Positions 23,501 to 37,364 of a stretch of 64,000 nt of DNA are shown piece after piece. The notes beneath the pieces are model-generated. The model saw only the letters and a program-made list of their open reading frames with translations. It was not told where the DNA came from and ran no database searches. Origin of the DNA: Antedon mediterranea. Taxonomy: Eukaryota > Animalia > Echinodermata. The translations under genes and the position numbers were made by a program. The stretch spans positions 1,944,101-2,008,100 of the forward strand of contig NC_092677.1 of the NCBI RefSeq assembly GCF_964355755.1, read 5' to 3'. The first letter of the stretch is position 1; the number at the start of each line of letters is the position of its first letter.

Positions 23501-26500
23501 TTTAAATTAAATATATTGTATAAATAGGCACCTGTATGCAAATGTACCAGTTTTAAATTTAATAATGGTAATAGTATCAACCACAGTTGTATACACATAT
23601 ATGTAAACCTACATTAGTATACATAAAAGAGTTATAAGAAAATAAATAAAAAATTAGAATCATATTCATAATTGACCTTTGACATTTCATTTCACACAAA
23701 GACATGAGTTTAAAATTCATCATTTAATTTAAAAGGTCAACAGAATTTATTCATTGTGAAATAAATTCAAATTATAAAAGAAGTTCAAATTCAGAATTAA
23801 ATTTACATATTGTGTGAATGAAAAATACATTACACAATGAAAAATATGAAAAATAACGATATCGAAAGTAAAAAACTACATTCATATATTTGTTTCAATT
23901 GTTGTTTAAAAACACGGTTTTTTAAGAATTATTCATATTTCTGTGAATTATGCAAATATTGACAATACGCATTCTAATATGAAAGTTATTTATAGTTGAT
24001 TAAAGCATGAGACAAGTATAATATTTAAAGAAATCTGTTGAGATATTAATCATTGTAATTATTAGCGCCAGCCAGTAGAATAACCTGTAGTAAACTCAAG
24101 TCTGTGGGTTAGAAGTCATTAACTTGTAATGTTCTTGTAATGTCGACGAGTGGGAAGAAGATGAACAACAAAATCACGTTGTTGCCTCATCAACTTAAAA
24201 TTTCAGAAAATCTGGAATAAGGTTTTTTTAGTATTCTATAATTCTGTTCTTTTCACATTTTTTTTCAATTTAAACACTACAGCAGGGTGGCCGGTGGAAT
24301 ACATCACTTAACAGCACAAGATCAACATCATAATGAACAATTCAAAGCACTAACATTAACAAGCACAATTTTTGGTTAATTTGTTGACAAATAATTTCTC
24401 ATTCTCACATATTTCCTCATCTTAATCGTTTCAAATTACTTAATTAAAATTTAGTTTATTACCGGCCGGTTTAGAATTAATGTTCTGTGCCTGATTGTGT
24501 TTGTAAACTATACATCTACATTATAAGCTTCCTTAACCATAAGTATTTTACCTTCTTCAATTTTTATTTTATAGTTTTTGAATTCTTGTCCATACACTAC
24601 ACTCAAACAGTAACTATCGTACTTCTCTGGGTTCTGGCGGATAAGGTAAGTGCCATCTTCCATACCAGCTTTTCGTAGTTTTTCAAATGCCTCAGTTCGC
24701 CTGAAAGAACGATCATAAACTTATTTAAGTAAAAAATCTTCCATTGGAAGTAATTGGGGCAGAAAACGGTTTTTAAAAATATTTATTTATAAATTTGGCC
24801 TGTGTAAAATTTATTTTTTACTAATTTTAGCTACACAAATTCTAAAACTTGATTTTTCTAGATTTCTAAACCTGATTTCTAAAAACCGACTGACATATGA
24901 ACATAATACAACATATCACGATAATGGCAGGAAGGTTATGTCAGAGGTCGTGTGAAGAGTCAAAGATCAACCGAGACACATGTTTCAAGTTGTAGTGTGC
25001 ATTATAAAGTTACACAAAACAAACAACATATTTAGATGAATTAAGACCACACAACAAAAGGAACAGAGATAAGAGATAGAAAGATACAATTGTGTACAAT
25101 AAAGGTACTGTATTAACAAGTCAACGGCAAGCCTAACTAGCTTGACATAAAAGAGATTGTTAAATGCAAACCTGGGTTCTCATTCGGATGCACCGTTAGT
25201 TTACAAGTGACAGTATTGCTTTGTGATTGGTCAATGTGGCACTCTAGGTACTGTACTTGCATCGTGTCCTAGTTTGAACTAAGCCTTTCTGATAAACTAA
25301 ACAAGCTTTATTTATCATAACCAATTCTTTTATCTATGACTTTAGTCATTTAAGAGATTTAAGACCAAAAAAAGTATTAAATTTGAATATTTTTAAGCCA
25401 AATCATTTAAAACAAAGCTAAGATGATTCTTTTTCTAAGCACATTTTGATAAATTTGTGCTTAGACTTAATGATTTGAATACAATGGCTAAAAAAGGCAC
25501 TATAATAAATAATGCTGCTGGTGCTGGTAAATTATTAAAAATGATAAGTAAGAAAGTACTTAGATACCAGCACAAACAAGAAAAATGGCTTGAGTGACGC
25601 CAAAGGGCTGCTATAATGAGGAAGCAACAAATTAAATAATAACATTAGTAAATTTAATACGACTATGACAAAAATAATGAAAATGAGACAGACAATGTTG
25701 ATGATGACGATGATTATGATGATGATAATAATGATGATGATAATAATGATAATAATGATTAGATTATGATTATAATGATGATTGCAATGATTTTGATAAT
25801 GATGAATAAATAAATTGAGGATTTAATAAATGAATAAGACAAAAATAATGATTAGATTATTATGATATTGATGATGATGATTAGATTATTATGATATTGA
25901 TGATGATGATTAGATTATGATGATGATAATAATGATGATTAGATTATGATGTTGATGATTATGATGTTGATGAAGATGATGATTAGATTATGATGTTGAT
26001 GATTATGATGTTGATGATGATGATGATTAGATTATGATGTTGATGATTATGATGTTGATGATTATGATGTTGATGATGATGATTAGATTATGACGTTGAT
26101 GATTATGATGTTGATGATGATGATTAGATTATGATAACAACGACGATGGTGATAATGATTAGATTATGATGCTGATGACAAATAGGCTAAAGAGTACACA
26201 AAACGTAGTGACTGCAGTAGAACAATTTTGGAATGATAACATTGTTTACTGTAAATTGGATATAACTGTAATTGTCCAACAGTACAGTACTACTGTAGTA
26301 GTGTCTATCTATAGTTTCTGACGTCAGTCCATCTTCATCTTTGATAACATTGCTCTGATTATAAACAACATAACTATCCATCATTCTAAATCGATTCTAA
26401 TTTATAAATAAAGCAGGCAGATACTATACTACAGTACTATTATACCTGAACGCAATGTATGCTTCAAGTCTAAATTATCTATGGTACATACAAGAGATTG

Positions 26501-29500
26501 AAGAAGCTAACAGCAAAACAAACTACTGGGTTTTAAACATTAATGATGGACTGATGTCAAGAATCATGAAACATGTACTACTGTGGTACAGTATAACAAT
26601 AATACTGTACATAATATTAATTATATACAGTAATATCTCAGTCTTTTCATGTGAATTGCACATCAAATTATTCTTTACTTGGAGCCTAGCACCTGGTGAT
26701 TTTTATCACCTTCATTAAACCTGTATGTAGTGTGAAAATAAAATGTATTTATTTATCTATATTGCTCTGCCTTAGTATCAACCCCTTTTGTCCATGCCCT
26801 GTATCAAGTCAAATACAGATTATTAATTAATTACATACAGTAATATCTTTACATGTTATCTTAGCTACAGTATATGCATGCATTATCATCTGTATAGTAA
26901 ATGTAGAACTACTGCACAGCACAGTATATCATATAGTTTATTGTTAAAAGTACTGTACTACTAGAGTACTACAGTATACAGTAGCACTGTGTGTACTATC
27001 TGCTGTTCCTAACAATATCCTGATATCATAGCATTTTCTACACTGTAAAGTATGTAAATCAAATCAAAAACATGTATTGACTTAATTCTTTTCTAAATTA
27101 TATATTTAAAAATAAAATATATATATTTTATAGCATTTTCTATATGTCAATCAAATAAAAAACATGTATTGACTCAATTCGTTTATAAATTACATTTTAA
27201 AAAGTCAATATTCTTGATTTTATTTTTTATTTTCTATCTGCAATCAAATCTAAAAAATATAATTGACTCAATTCTTTTCTAAATTCTATTTTTAAAAAAG
27301 TCTATGGGTCTGGGAAAGTAAAACAAAATCTAGCTAATAATGTAAAGGAAATGGGGAGATGTTGTTGTTAAAAACTATAGGACAAAAAAATTGCATTGTT
27401 GAAGAAGGAAATATGGTAACACCTGGTGTGGGTAAGGAAGTACAGTGTTTGTTTAAAACAAATGCATTTCTTTAAACCATGATTATTATTAAATTTAAAT
27501 ACAAATAACTATAAATTAGGTCAATTAAAAGTCTATCATATATCCTCGGGTATAATCCCACTTCGGTCTAATCCCACTTTGAATCTAATCCCAATTCAAA
27601 TCTAATCCAACCAAATCCATCGAAATACTGTACTTTATGTCTAATTTCACAACAGATATATAACAGAGTCCCAGTATTTACATTTGGTCTGGTTGTAGGC
27701 AGCTTCCAATTCAGATGAGTTTTGCTTACCAATTATTTTTTTCCTGAAACAGGGTTTTCCCACGACCAAAGTTGGCCAAATTTCAAGTTCTAGAGAAAGG
27801 GGATGAGGGTGACGTTACGAGAAAGGGGAGGAGCGTGAGGTTACGAGAAAGGGGAGGAGCGTGAGGTTACACCAGAAGATATACGGTAATAGATCAATAT
27901 TTGAAATCTTACGGTATGGGTCCGTGACATCTGTTCTTAGTGATCAAGTCAAGCGAGGGTGGCGCTAGTTCTTTGCACAAGAAATGATAATAGTCAATAA
28001 GCAGCCTGTAATAGCCATCCAACAGCGACACTAGCCCTTCCGCTTCTTGTTTGGTCTTCAACTGCAAAAACTATTAAAAACAATTTATTTAAATATTTTA
28101 TTCCTTTTGGTAAAAACACAACAAATAAACAAGAGAATGGAAGGACTGCTGATAAAGATCAGGAGTAGAAACAAATCACAAATCTGTACTATGGTGTGTG
28201 CACATAATACAATCAAGACGGATATTTCTTGTTAAAATGAAACTAGAAAATAGCCAGCTTTCAGTTCACTTTGAAACGACCTATAACATGGTCTTGTTTT
28301 GTGTTTTGGGGAAAGGGGGGGGGGGGGGGTGGGCTGGTAGGGAGAGTTATTTGTTGTGTATGTGTGTTTTAACTGTTACTTTATCATAGTTAATTAATGT
28401 TATTGTTTACAATATTTATTTTTATAAACCCTCTTGAACAATAAACATCTTGAGGCAGTTATTTAAATAAATACTGTAAATTAGTTAATATAAAACAAGT
28501 TATATTATAATATGGCTTCCATAGTTTTTTAATTGGATTTTTTCAATTGATTTTTGCATTGGGTTATTTTGCCTCATTACATTTTTTTTTTATAATTTGA
28601 TCAGCATATTATAGTGTACATATTATCATTTACATTTTGTTACTATTATTACAATATTTCTCAGAAAAAAAAGTAAATTCTGTAAGAAATAACGCGTTAA
28701 CTTTAATTCAAAATGAAAGAAATAAATGTTGATTTGATTTGACTCGTTGATCTATGATGCTTTTTTAACAGTAATTATTAACCACTTGACATCTTTGGCA
28801 CTCCATACTTGGTAAATTAATGTATATTACACTTCATTCAACAATCAGTCATTATTCATTGCTTTAACGTATGAAATAAATGAATAACCGTCTGATCCAT
28901 GAATAATTAATGCTTAGCATTATTCACTTTTTTTTTCCAAATAAAACAAGCACAGATTTGCCGAGTGGAATGGGAACAGGTTAACAAACTATGATACGGG
29001 TATTAGATAGTGATGGATTGGAGATTACATGCCAAGACAGGACGCATCCTGTTCACACTGGCAAGAACACAGACTGTGATGGTTGCCAATGTAAGGGATG
29101 TTGACTTGTTAAAGGCTATAATCATGTATTACATTGTCCATTTTACTGTCCAATGTTGTGTACATTTTTATAAAATGTTGTACTGAAAAGACAAACTAGT
29201 ATAAATAGTAATATATAAACTGTTCTGTATAAATTACATTACAATTACATTGTTATAATTAGGATGCTTGCTTCTAAAGCTCTGTCCACACTATCAAACT
29301 TTAAGTAACAACAAAATGTGATGTGCTCATATATGGACATGATGATGTCATATCACTACCACATTAGTATCACTACCATATTTGGGCACATCACACTTTT
29401 TTCATCAAACTAGTTTGATAGCGTAGACAGAGCTTGGAAAATTACAAATATGAACTTGGTTAACCAGAAAAGAAAAAGCAAAATAAAAATGAGAAATACT

Positions 29501-32134
29501 GTTTAAAGTTTAAAGTACAGTTACTACTAATGTACAAAGCATGCACGCTTCTCCACTATACAACACAAACAAGTGAAAAAAAAAACACCATTATATTTGT
29601 TTAAAACATCATGAGGAACTAGCCAACTACATGGCGATAACATCGGATGTTTGAAACAGAATCTAACATATTAAATTTCAGTGAGTTTGTTGTGGGACAG
29701 CTGACTGTCATCACATGGTTCACTACCTAAATTGAACCATTGCTTTACTGTAAAACAATTGGTGATCACTTTTTCTAATGTGTAAATTTAAAAAAAAAAT
29801 ATCCAATATGTAGTTTTTGCTGGATAGCCAACAAACTTGAGAAACTAAACTTCAATTGGTTCGTCCAATTGTCATTGAGCCACTGGTCAATAAGCCAATG
29901 GAACTAGAGCCACTAGTCCTAGAGCCACTGGTCCTAGAGTCACTAGTCCTAGAGCCACTGGTCCTAGAGCCACTGGTCCTAGAGCCACTGGTCCTAGAGC
30001 CACTGGTCCTAGAGTCACTAGTCCTAGAGCCACTAGTCCTAGAGCCACTGGTCCTAGAGTCACTCAAAGAAGCAATGAGGTACAGTAAAGTCTTCTTTTG
30101 GTTCATGCCATTTGCCATAAGACATTTTACATAGAATAAACTCCTTGCCTTAACAATCTACAGTACAGTATAGGAAGAAGCGGCACCATTATCCAATACT
30201 CTACTGTTTTCTTTTTTCCATAAATATATTCCTCTCTTCGGAGACAGAGTCTATTGTAGGCTTATCCAGGTAAGTTAGGCTGAACCGTGAGGACAGTTAA
30301 TGAAAATGTACATGCTAAAATTATACAGTTGCCTTGCTATCAAATACTATAGACAGATGTTTCTTTTGTACTACTATATTACATATATATTTATATTTAT
30401 TGGGCAATTTTTTTCTTTTATTGTCATTCATTTTTCGTGTTTTTATCGTTTTTTTAAGTGTTGAGGGCCTGATGCACATCCGCCTCGGCCACAGTCTAAC
30501 AAAAGAGCAGTTGATTTGGTTTAAATACATAACTTATCATATTGTAGCAGATTTAGCAAAAATAACATTGAAGTACAAAGGTAATGTACATAAGCTGATG
30601 ATACTCTATTGTAGTACAAAATGGAAAGTTTAATTTGTATTGTAGATATCAAAAGGTCAAACCAGAGGTCAGTCAGTATCAATAGCACTGGCATTTCACT
30701 TTATTCAAATTGGTTTTAATTGATCAACAAATTGAAAGTATATTATCATCTAAAAATAAATAGTTTAAGGAAAAGCTATAATTTAATAATTAATATAATC
30801 ATTGATTATATTTATAATTAAAAAGAAAAAGGAGCAAATTTCATCAACTTTTTAACCCTTGAACTTGCAGAATGTAACGACAACACATCCACCTATTCTG
30901 TTTTAAATAATATATTAAAACTGTGATTGTAATATTTTTTTATTTACTCTATTTTAATATAAAGATATTGTGTCGGTTTAAGTTCAATATTTACTGTAAT
31001 ATATATTGGCAGTTTAGTATATTGGCAGCTTAAAGGTGCTCTGACAAGATTGCCCACCTGATGACACCCCTCGTCTAACTTGGCAGCTTAAAGGTGCTCT
31101 GACAAGATTGCCCACCTGACGACACCCCTCGTCTAACTAGTTCAGGTTAGGCCTAGAAGCATCGTTTTTAATACTGGATGTACAGTAGGTATAGTAGTGT
31201 ATGGCATATAATGGGGTGGATAAGTGAACAGAGTAAGAGTATTAATTAATAAAATAGTACAGTTGTTATTAATATTAGTGCATTAATAGCTACACATAAA
31301 AATTGAGCAAATAAAATAAACAAATATTGCTTCTGAAAGGAGGCAAGTATTCATAATTAAAATTCACAATTTAACAAAACAGTACGGTACATACAGTATA
31401 AATAACCAGAGGATATTAATTTTATCATTTACACAACCTTGCATTTTAGGGGTAAATCTTATTAGCATTCTGCTCCCATATCATTTACTATTCATTTTGT
31501 TTTACAATGCAAACAGCCCAAACAAGGGCGGCAAAAGAAAAAGGTAAAAATGTGAATATTAATTGAATTTATTAATTTGCAGTGCTTCAATACATACAAA
31601 TTGTAGTTTTTATTGGATATTGAAATATAATTATAATGATATGACCGACTATGACCCTAGGGACAAGAAAATAGAGATTATTTAGCCTTCAGTACAACAA
31701 CCTCTTCAATACACTTACAGTAGATAATTCTTAGTCCTATCTCCATGACAGATGTCACATAACAGTAACATGCTTTGTACAGTATTTCTTTCTCTTAATT
31801 ACCTCCGCCAAGGAGGTTATGTTTTCACCCCTGTATGTTTGTGTGTGTTTGTGTGTGTGTGTTTGTGTGTGTGTCTGTGAACAGCCTGGAGGCCACAGTT
31901 TTTATCCGATTCTAACCAAATTTGGACACAATGATCTATGCCCAAAAAGCTTGGATGAGTTCGAATTTGAGGGGAAAGGTCATAGGTCAAGGTCACAACT
32001 AACAAAAAACTATTTTACTGCCTAGAGACCACAGTTTTGATCTGATTGTCACCAAACTTAGCCACAATGATCAATGACACATAATATAATTGTGGTTAAA
32101 TTTTGAAGGGTCAGGGTCAAAGATCAAGGTCCAC

Positions 32135-32169
<35 letters not shown>

Positions 32170-34627
32170 ATAATAAAAAAAAAAAACCCTCAGTGGGACT
32201 TGAACCAGCTATCTCAACTGTGAGAGGCTGGATACATAACCATTACACCACACTGTCATCCACAACTTTGTAGTGTGCAGTTAACATATTTACACTTAGA
32301 ACTAATAAAAAAAAAATGAAAAAAAAAAATATTCAGGGGGAATTTTATGTAGGGGAATTTTACAGTAGGCGGAGGTTTGTACTCTCGGAGTACCCTCTAG
32401 TTATTGTATGTTTTCATATGGATAGTTTGTCTGAAATTAAGTTGAAATGAATAGAAATAGAATCCAAATGTATGTTTACGATCACTCACCTCTGGGAAAC
32501 CATTGCGTCGATTTAACTGTACGGTCCAGTCTAGTTGGTCACCACCTCTGTGTCTGTATATATTAATGTCTGTCAGGTCCATCAACCTCCATGTAACAGA
32601 TGCTTTGTTTTGCTGGAAAAGAAAAATAGTCGACTACTTGTAAATGGTTAAGAAAGGAAATTAGAAATGATGAAGGTGGACTATACCATTTGTGGATAGG
32701 GGAAAAACTATATATTTCACTCTTTGAGGAGAAAGGCTATTGTTGGTTTATCCATGTAAGCTAGGCACAAAATAGATTGTACATTTAACAATTTACAATT
32801 ATTTATTTATTATTATTAAATTTGATAGATAAAGGCATATTTGAAGAAAAATTTGTTAGTATTCACTTTAGCCTTTAATTTATGCTACTGCATATACTTC
32901 ATGTAAACATACAGATTTACTGTTTCTCTCAAGGGAGGTATTTATTTATCAAATAAAATACTCTGATTAAATTTCCAGTTCCACTACACTAAAATGATTC
33001 CCAGCTTTATCTTTAAAACATGTACTGTAGAATATTTTGAAATTAGGGCAAAAAAAAAGTACTTATGAATTTTAAAACCCATTATGAAATGGAACATGTT
33101 GCAGGTAAATAAATAGAATACATACATCTGCCTTTACATCCAATTTCTCTATATTATTATAATTTAATAATTACGCATAGAGTAGAGAGTCTAGACTACG
33201 TATAGTGGAACGACCTGAAGTGTTGTATGGAGTAATATCTAATACACATTTAACGGCAACCATAATACAATCCTTTACAGTGACCACACTGTTCTCTAGG
33301 GAGCATATAAACAATATTCTACCATTATTACTGCAGAAACTAAATGTTCTTTTGCAATAATTTCAGTTTGTTTGTAAAGTTTATGATGATGCAGTGAATG
33401 GAATAAACAGAGTGTGTGATTTGCCACAAATAGCTTGTTAAAACCTGCATCCTGTAAATGAGGTTAAAGAGTATACAAATTAGAAAGATAGACATTTCAG
33501 AATTTAGGATGTAAGACGATGAATACTGTAATGATGATGATAGTGGTACTGTACAATGATTCATGAGATGATAAGGATAATGATTAAAATCATGATAATG
33601 ATGATGATACAATGATTCAATGGATGATGATAAGGATAATAAATAAAATCATGATAATGATACAATGATTCATGGTATGATAATTAGGATAATGATTAAA
33701 ATCCTGATAATGATACAATGATTCATGGTATGATAATTAGGATAATGATTAAAATCATGATAATGATGATGATGATGATACAATGAGACATTGTTAACAA
33801 TGATATAATCAGAACCTACGTACCTCTATTTCAATTCCTTTATTTGCAGATATACGTACAGTGCACGCAGTGTCCCCTCTCATTGCCTTGTACTGTTCCA
33901 CTATTAACATTGGTTTATTATCAATAAGAGAAGCTAAAAACATGAGACGGTAACACGTACTGCCGTCCCCACTATCCTCCGTAAACCGACGCAGATTCCC
34001 TCTCACCTTTAACTTCAACCGATGTTTATCAATCATGTTAAGACCACGAAACCACTGTTTTGGCACAAATGACCTAAAGTGCGTGTCAGATGTCAAGTTG
34101 ACATGTTCATTACATTTATTGTATTGAAGAATGCTGATGACAATTAAACCTAGCCTGTCCTCTATACTCAAGTCCTCAATACGCCCATGGATAAAATCGT
34201 CGTGAAACTGTTCGTACAGGTAATTCAGAACTTGTTCCTCGTACGAATTAAGCGAGTGCGCGTCGGTTACAACATGGAAACGAAATCTGAAAACTACCTC
34301 ACTACCGTTCTCAGGGCATTCTTTAGGACTTAACCACATTCTGCTATCTTTGTAACATATTGAAAACAACGTAGAACTAAGGCATTGTATAGTGAATTTC
34401 GCCGCGGCCTTCTTGCACACAGTTTCTGCCGTCAAATTCTCGTTCCACGGAACATACAGGATCTCCTTTTGGCCGTACAACTGCACCTTCACAGTGTTCT
34501 GATTGTTGGAAGTCATTTCGTGTTCTTGCTGGGTTTTGCACGGAGCATATATTCCCATTTTCAAGCGCCTACAACATCCTCCTAGTGGCCACTGTCGCCC
34601 AGGCTGCTCTTTGATGTTTTTAGGCAT
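14524..34627 (-). CDS. JAK: Janus kinase (JAK family tyrosine kinase), ~1128 aa, 18 coding exons
   Basis: Exons in transcript order: 33824-34627, 32490-32612, 27913-28070, 24552-24700, 23341-23487, 22547-22794, 22136-22342, 21872-22023, 21394-21532, 20823-20978, 20215-20320, 19745-19800, 19445-19549, 17960-18155, 17046-17167, 16682-16863, 14856-14960, 14524-14755. All phases join (3387 nt). Motifs: FERM ([30 protein letters not shown]), SH2-like (GTYLIRQ), pseudokinase ([15 protein letters not shown]), kinase ([45 protein letters not shown]). The exact start codon is uncertain. Confidence 0.96.
15182..15286. repeat. 34-bp tandem repeat, 3 copies
   Basis: GTGTCAGGGGGATTACCACCTATCTGATAAGACA repeated. 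Confidence 0.9.
15396..16650. mobile_element. Non-autonomous TIR DNA element in a JAK intron, superfamily unassigned
   Basis: AGGCCAAATAAAAAAAAATACTTGTTAAGCGTCA at the left end and TGACGCTTAACAAGTATGTTTTTTTATTTGGCCT at the right end. Confidence 0.75.
17203..17785. repeat. 87-bp intronic tandem repeat, ~6.7 copies
   Basis: TGTACAGTWGATATAAAGTTTGYGGTACACCACGTATAAG... repeated; it explains the repetitive 200-aa ORF at 17101-17703. Confidence 0.95.
18282..18943 (+). mobile_element. HINE/Helentron (DINE-1-like) non-autonomous element
   Basis: 5' ACCTCCGCCAAGGAGGT hairpin, (GTTT)n tract, 3' subTIR GGCGGAGGT followed by stem-loop CACTCTCGGAGTG and CTAG, with T-rich flanks. The same ends occur at 31798-32402. 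Confidence 0.7.
19201..19427. repeat. ~76-bp tandem repeat, 3 copies
   Basis: ATACTTTATACTTATTACAGAACACTCC...CAAGCAG repeated. Confidence 0.9.
20445..20770 (-). mobile_element. SINE fragment, Deu/Nin-domain-like core with internal 62-bp duplication
   Basis: Minus strand ACCCAGTGTATCTTTTGGAAGAGTAAAGGGTTACCCCGGTG resembles the Deu/Nin core. The 3' end is GCGCTTTGAGAT...AATAAA. Confidence 0.45.
25695..26180. repeat. Degenerate (GAT)n / GATTAGATTAT microsatellite
   Basis: Direct inspection. Confidence 0.9.
29278..29434. mobile_element. Tourist/Harbinger-like MITE, family 1
   Basis: TIR AGCTCTGTCYACACTATCAAACT / AGTTTGATAGYGTAGACAGAGCT. Related copies at ~21185-21282, 22887-23045, 36160-36322 and 36880-37072, with a variable internal 21-bp repeat CATATTTGGRCATATCACCAC. 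Confidence 0.8.
29875..30065. repeat. 15-bp minisatellite (GAGCCACTGGTCCTA)n
   Basis: Direct inspection; it explains the EPLVL and SGSRT repeat ORFs. Confidence 0.95.
31798..32402 (+). mobile_element. HINE/Helentron-like element, second copy
   Basis: ACCTCCGCCAAGGAGGT...(GT)n...GGCGGAGGTTTGTACTCTCGGAGTACCCTCTAG; the ends are shared with 18282-18943. Confidence 0.75.
32187..32257 (-). pseudogene. Degenerate tRNA-derived sequence (CTC anticodon-like; tRNA pseudogene or SINE head)
   Basis: A box TGGTGTAATGG, loop CTCTCAC, B box GGTTCAAGTCC, followed by a long T run. The T and acceptor stems are defective. Confidence 0.55.
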
Positions 34628-37364
34628 CTATTAAAAAAAAAACACAACGTATAGTACAATTAAGCAATTTTAGGATTTACTCGGAGAATAATCTTTGTTT
34701 CTGATCTCTTATTTCGGTCTCCACTTGTCTCATCTATCATTAGAGTTGGTTTGGGTTTTTTTTTTTTAATAATATAATTCCCATTAAAAGAATAAAATCT
34801 AATTAAACCGCAATTGAAAACTGACTGAGAGGTTTCTCCCAGGCACACGTTACCGGATGCAGCACCTGGACCAACTCTCCTAATTAACTTTGATAAACAG
34901 GCTTATTATTACCACTCCTGTATTTTCTAAGGAATATGTTTTACGGAATTTTAAAATACTTCCGTTTTCAGCAAATTTTTTAACAATCTATCAATACTTC
35001 CTTGTACTAAAAAGTACAAAAAATAACAAGTGCTGTTCAAAACAAAAACAAACAAGTTCTGGTAAACAAACTAATTTAATGTTCCAGTAAAAACATCCCA
35101 CATGGATTTTCAGTACCGTAAAATATAATACATTAAATGAAAATACCCCTACATACAGTACAATATTTAACAAAAAATATTAACAAACAGTTTAAAATAC
35201 TGAATTGTTAATTCTTAGTTGATGACAACCACAAACATCCTGATATTGAAATAAGGAAAACTTGCATTTAAGTATTACGGTAGGCCTAACTGTAAAATAA
35301 TTGTAAAAATATATATATATTAATTTAAAAATAATAAATAGAAAATTAAATTTTTTTTTAGCTACTGTACAATAATTAGTTTTGAATTTTTTTTCCCAGG
35401 TTACAAAAACACAGAGTACAGTAGAAGCCTCTTTATAATTTGTTGTGTTTCAGTTTTTGCCATCCACCACTATTTTTTAGACAATAAAAAAAAAAATTCC
35501 TTGGAATTTTATAGGAAGATGAATAGACGTCAGAACTAGTACAAAACTGGTTTTTATAATGCATTTACTGACATACTGTACAGTACTAGCCACTGATTAT
35601 ACAAAGATGACGACTACTAAATTAACTTTAAAGATTTTTCAATAACTTCATTCCAAAATACAATTTTAGTTTACTCAACATTTTTAACTGAATTTTTTGT
35701 TTTCTAAAATTGATTGCTATTTTTAATGTATATTTCAATTACTCTTTGTCTTTATTTTATTATGTTTGTTATATTTTCAATTACTGTACCACTTTGGAAA
35801 TCAGTGCACTAGTACTGAAAGTGCCTGCTGCAGAATAAAGAAAGAATAAATAAATAAATACTAAAGGTCTCAGGGATTTAATTATTTGTCTGTAGTGTAA
35901 TGTGACAAAATATACACATTTCACTACTCAATTACCTAGTATCTATGTACAACACACATGCTCATGAATCTCTTGCCAAAATCAGTCTGTATGTGTCTTG
36001 TGAGTGATGTCGTCGTTGATGCCTCGTGATCTACTATAATTTATGTCATTCCAAACTTCATCTTTATTATAATCAGTAAGTATGAAATTAATTAAATGTC
36101 TTGAATAAGAAATACAGAAAATACAGCAGTACAGGTTTATCAAACTTTCAACAAAGAAATGTAATGTGCCCACATATAGACATGATGATGTCATATCACT
36201 ACCATATTTGGACATATCACCACCATATTTGGACATATCACGACCATATTTGGACATATCACCACCATATTTGGACATATCACCAACATATTTGGGCATA
36301 TCACACTTTTTTTGACAGAGCTTAAATTCTGTTTTCCACTGAGAATTTATTCGCGCAATTCATATTTCAATTACTTCATTGTGACGCGGAAAACTTTGCA
36401 ACCAATCACAGCTAAGGAATGGCCAATCCATACGAATTAATTCTCCTATGGTGAAAACAGACTTAAAGGGTGCATGTTACTCTACTGCCATAGGAAATCA
36501 TTATGATAAGGGAAACGGCCTTAAACTGAACAATACAGTATTGTCTGCTTTTCCTCATTATAGGGTCTATGTCTTATGCCAAGTAACCACAAAGGTCGAA
36601 GGTCAGCAAGGATGATGTAACAACCCACTCTTCCCTTTATATTATATTTTTTTCATGAAGTTTGCAATTATTCAGATTGCGTTACTATATAATGTAAGTT
36701 ATAAATAGACCTACACTGACATTTTTGACCTCAACTACATTATGATTATTCTTTGTGACCACAAAAATAAAACGAAAAAAATAACACAAAAATAACATGA
36801 TAGCTTAACCAAAAAAATATAATATGATGGATTCCTTTAGCAAATGGTTCATAAAGACGATTGTGAGTAAAGTTTGGTTCTGTCATTTGCATCACTACCA
36901 TTTGGACTTATCACAACCATATTTGGACTTATCACAACCATATTTGGGCATATCACCACCATATTTGGGCATATCACCACCATATTGAGGCATACTGTAC
37001 CATAATCACCACCATATTTGGGCATATCACACTTTTTTTTGTCAGAACTAGTTTGACAGTGTAGACAGAGCTTAAAGCCTGTTTTCCACTGAAGAATTTA
37101 TTCGTGCGATTCATATTCCATCCGTATTTTTTTTCTTATACTCAACACAACATGGTGAGTATAAGTCAGCAAAAATGTCACAAGCCTGAGATGTGTTGGC
37201 ACATTTACACCACCATCCAGCCAGTCAAATGAGTTTGTATGTGATTACTGTGGAAATGTGACTGCATGAACTTTTTAAACCAACCAATATTAAAGAACTG
37301 ACCTTATTTTCTTCTGGTAACAAAAAATGGTCTAGCCTTAGAGCTAAGATGTTTACAGTATGAG

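Noticed and set aside
29852-30134. SGSRT / EPLVL repeat ORFs
   Set aside because: Products of a 15-bp minisatellite within a JAK intron.
33340-33612. ORF with a possible acceptor near 33451
   Set aside because: The flanking JAK exons join in frame without it, and it is low-complexity with no JAK similarity.
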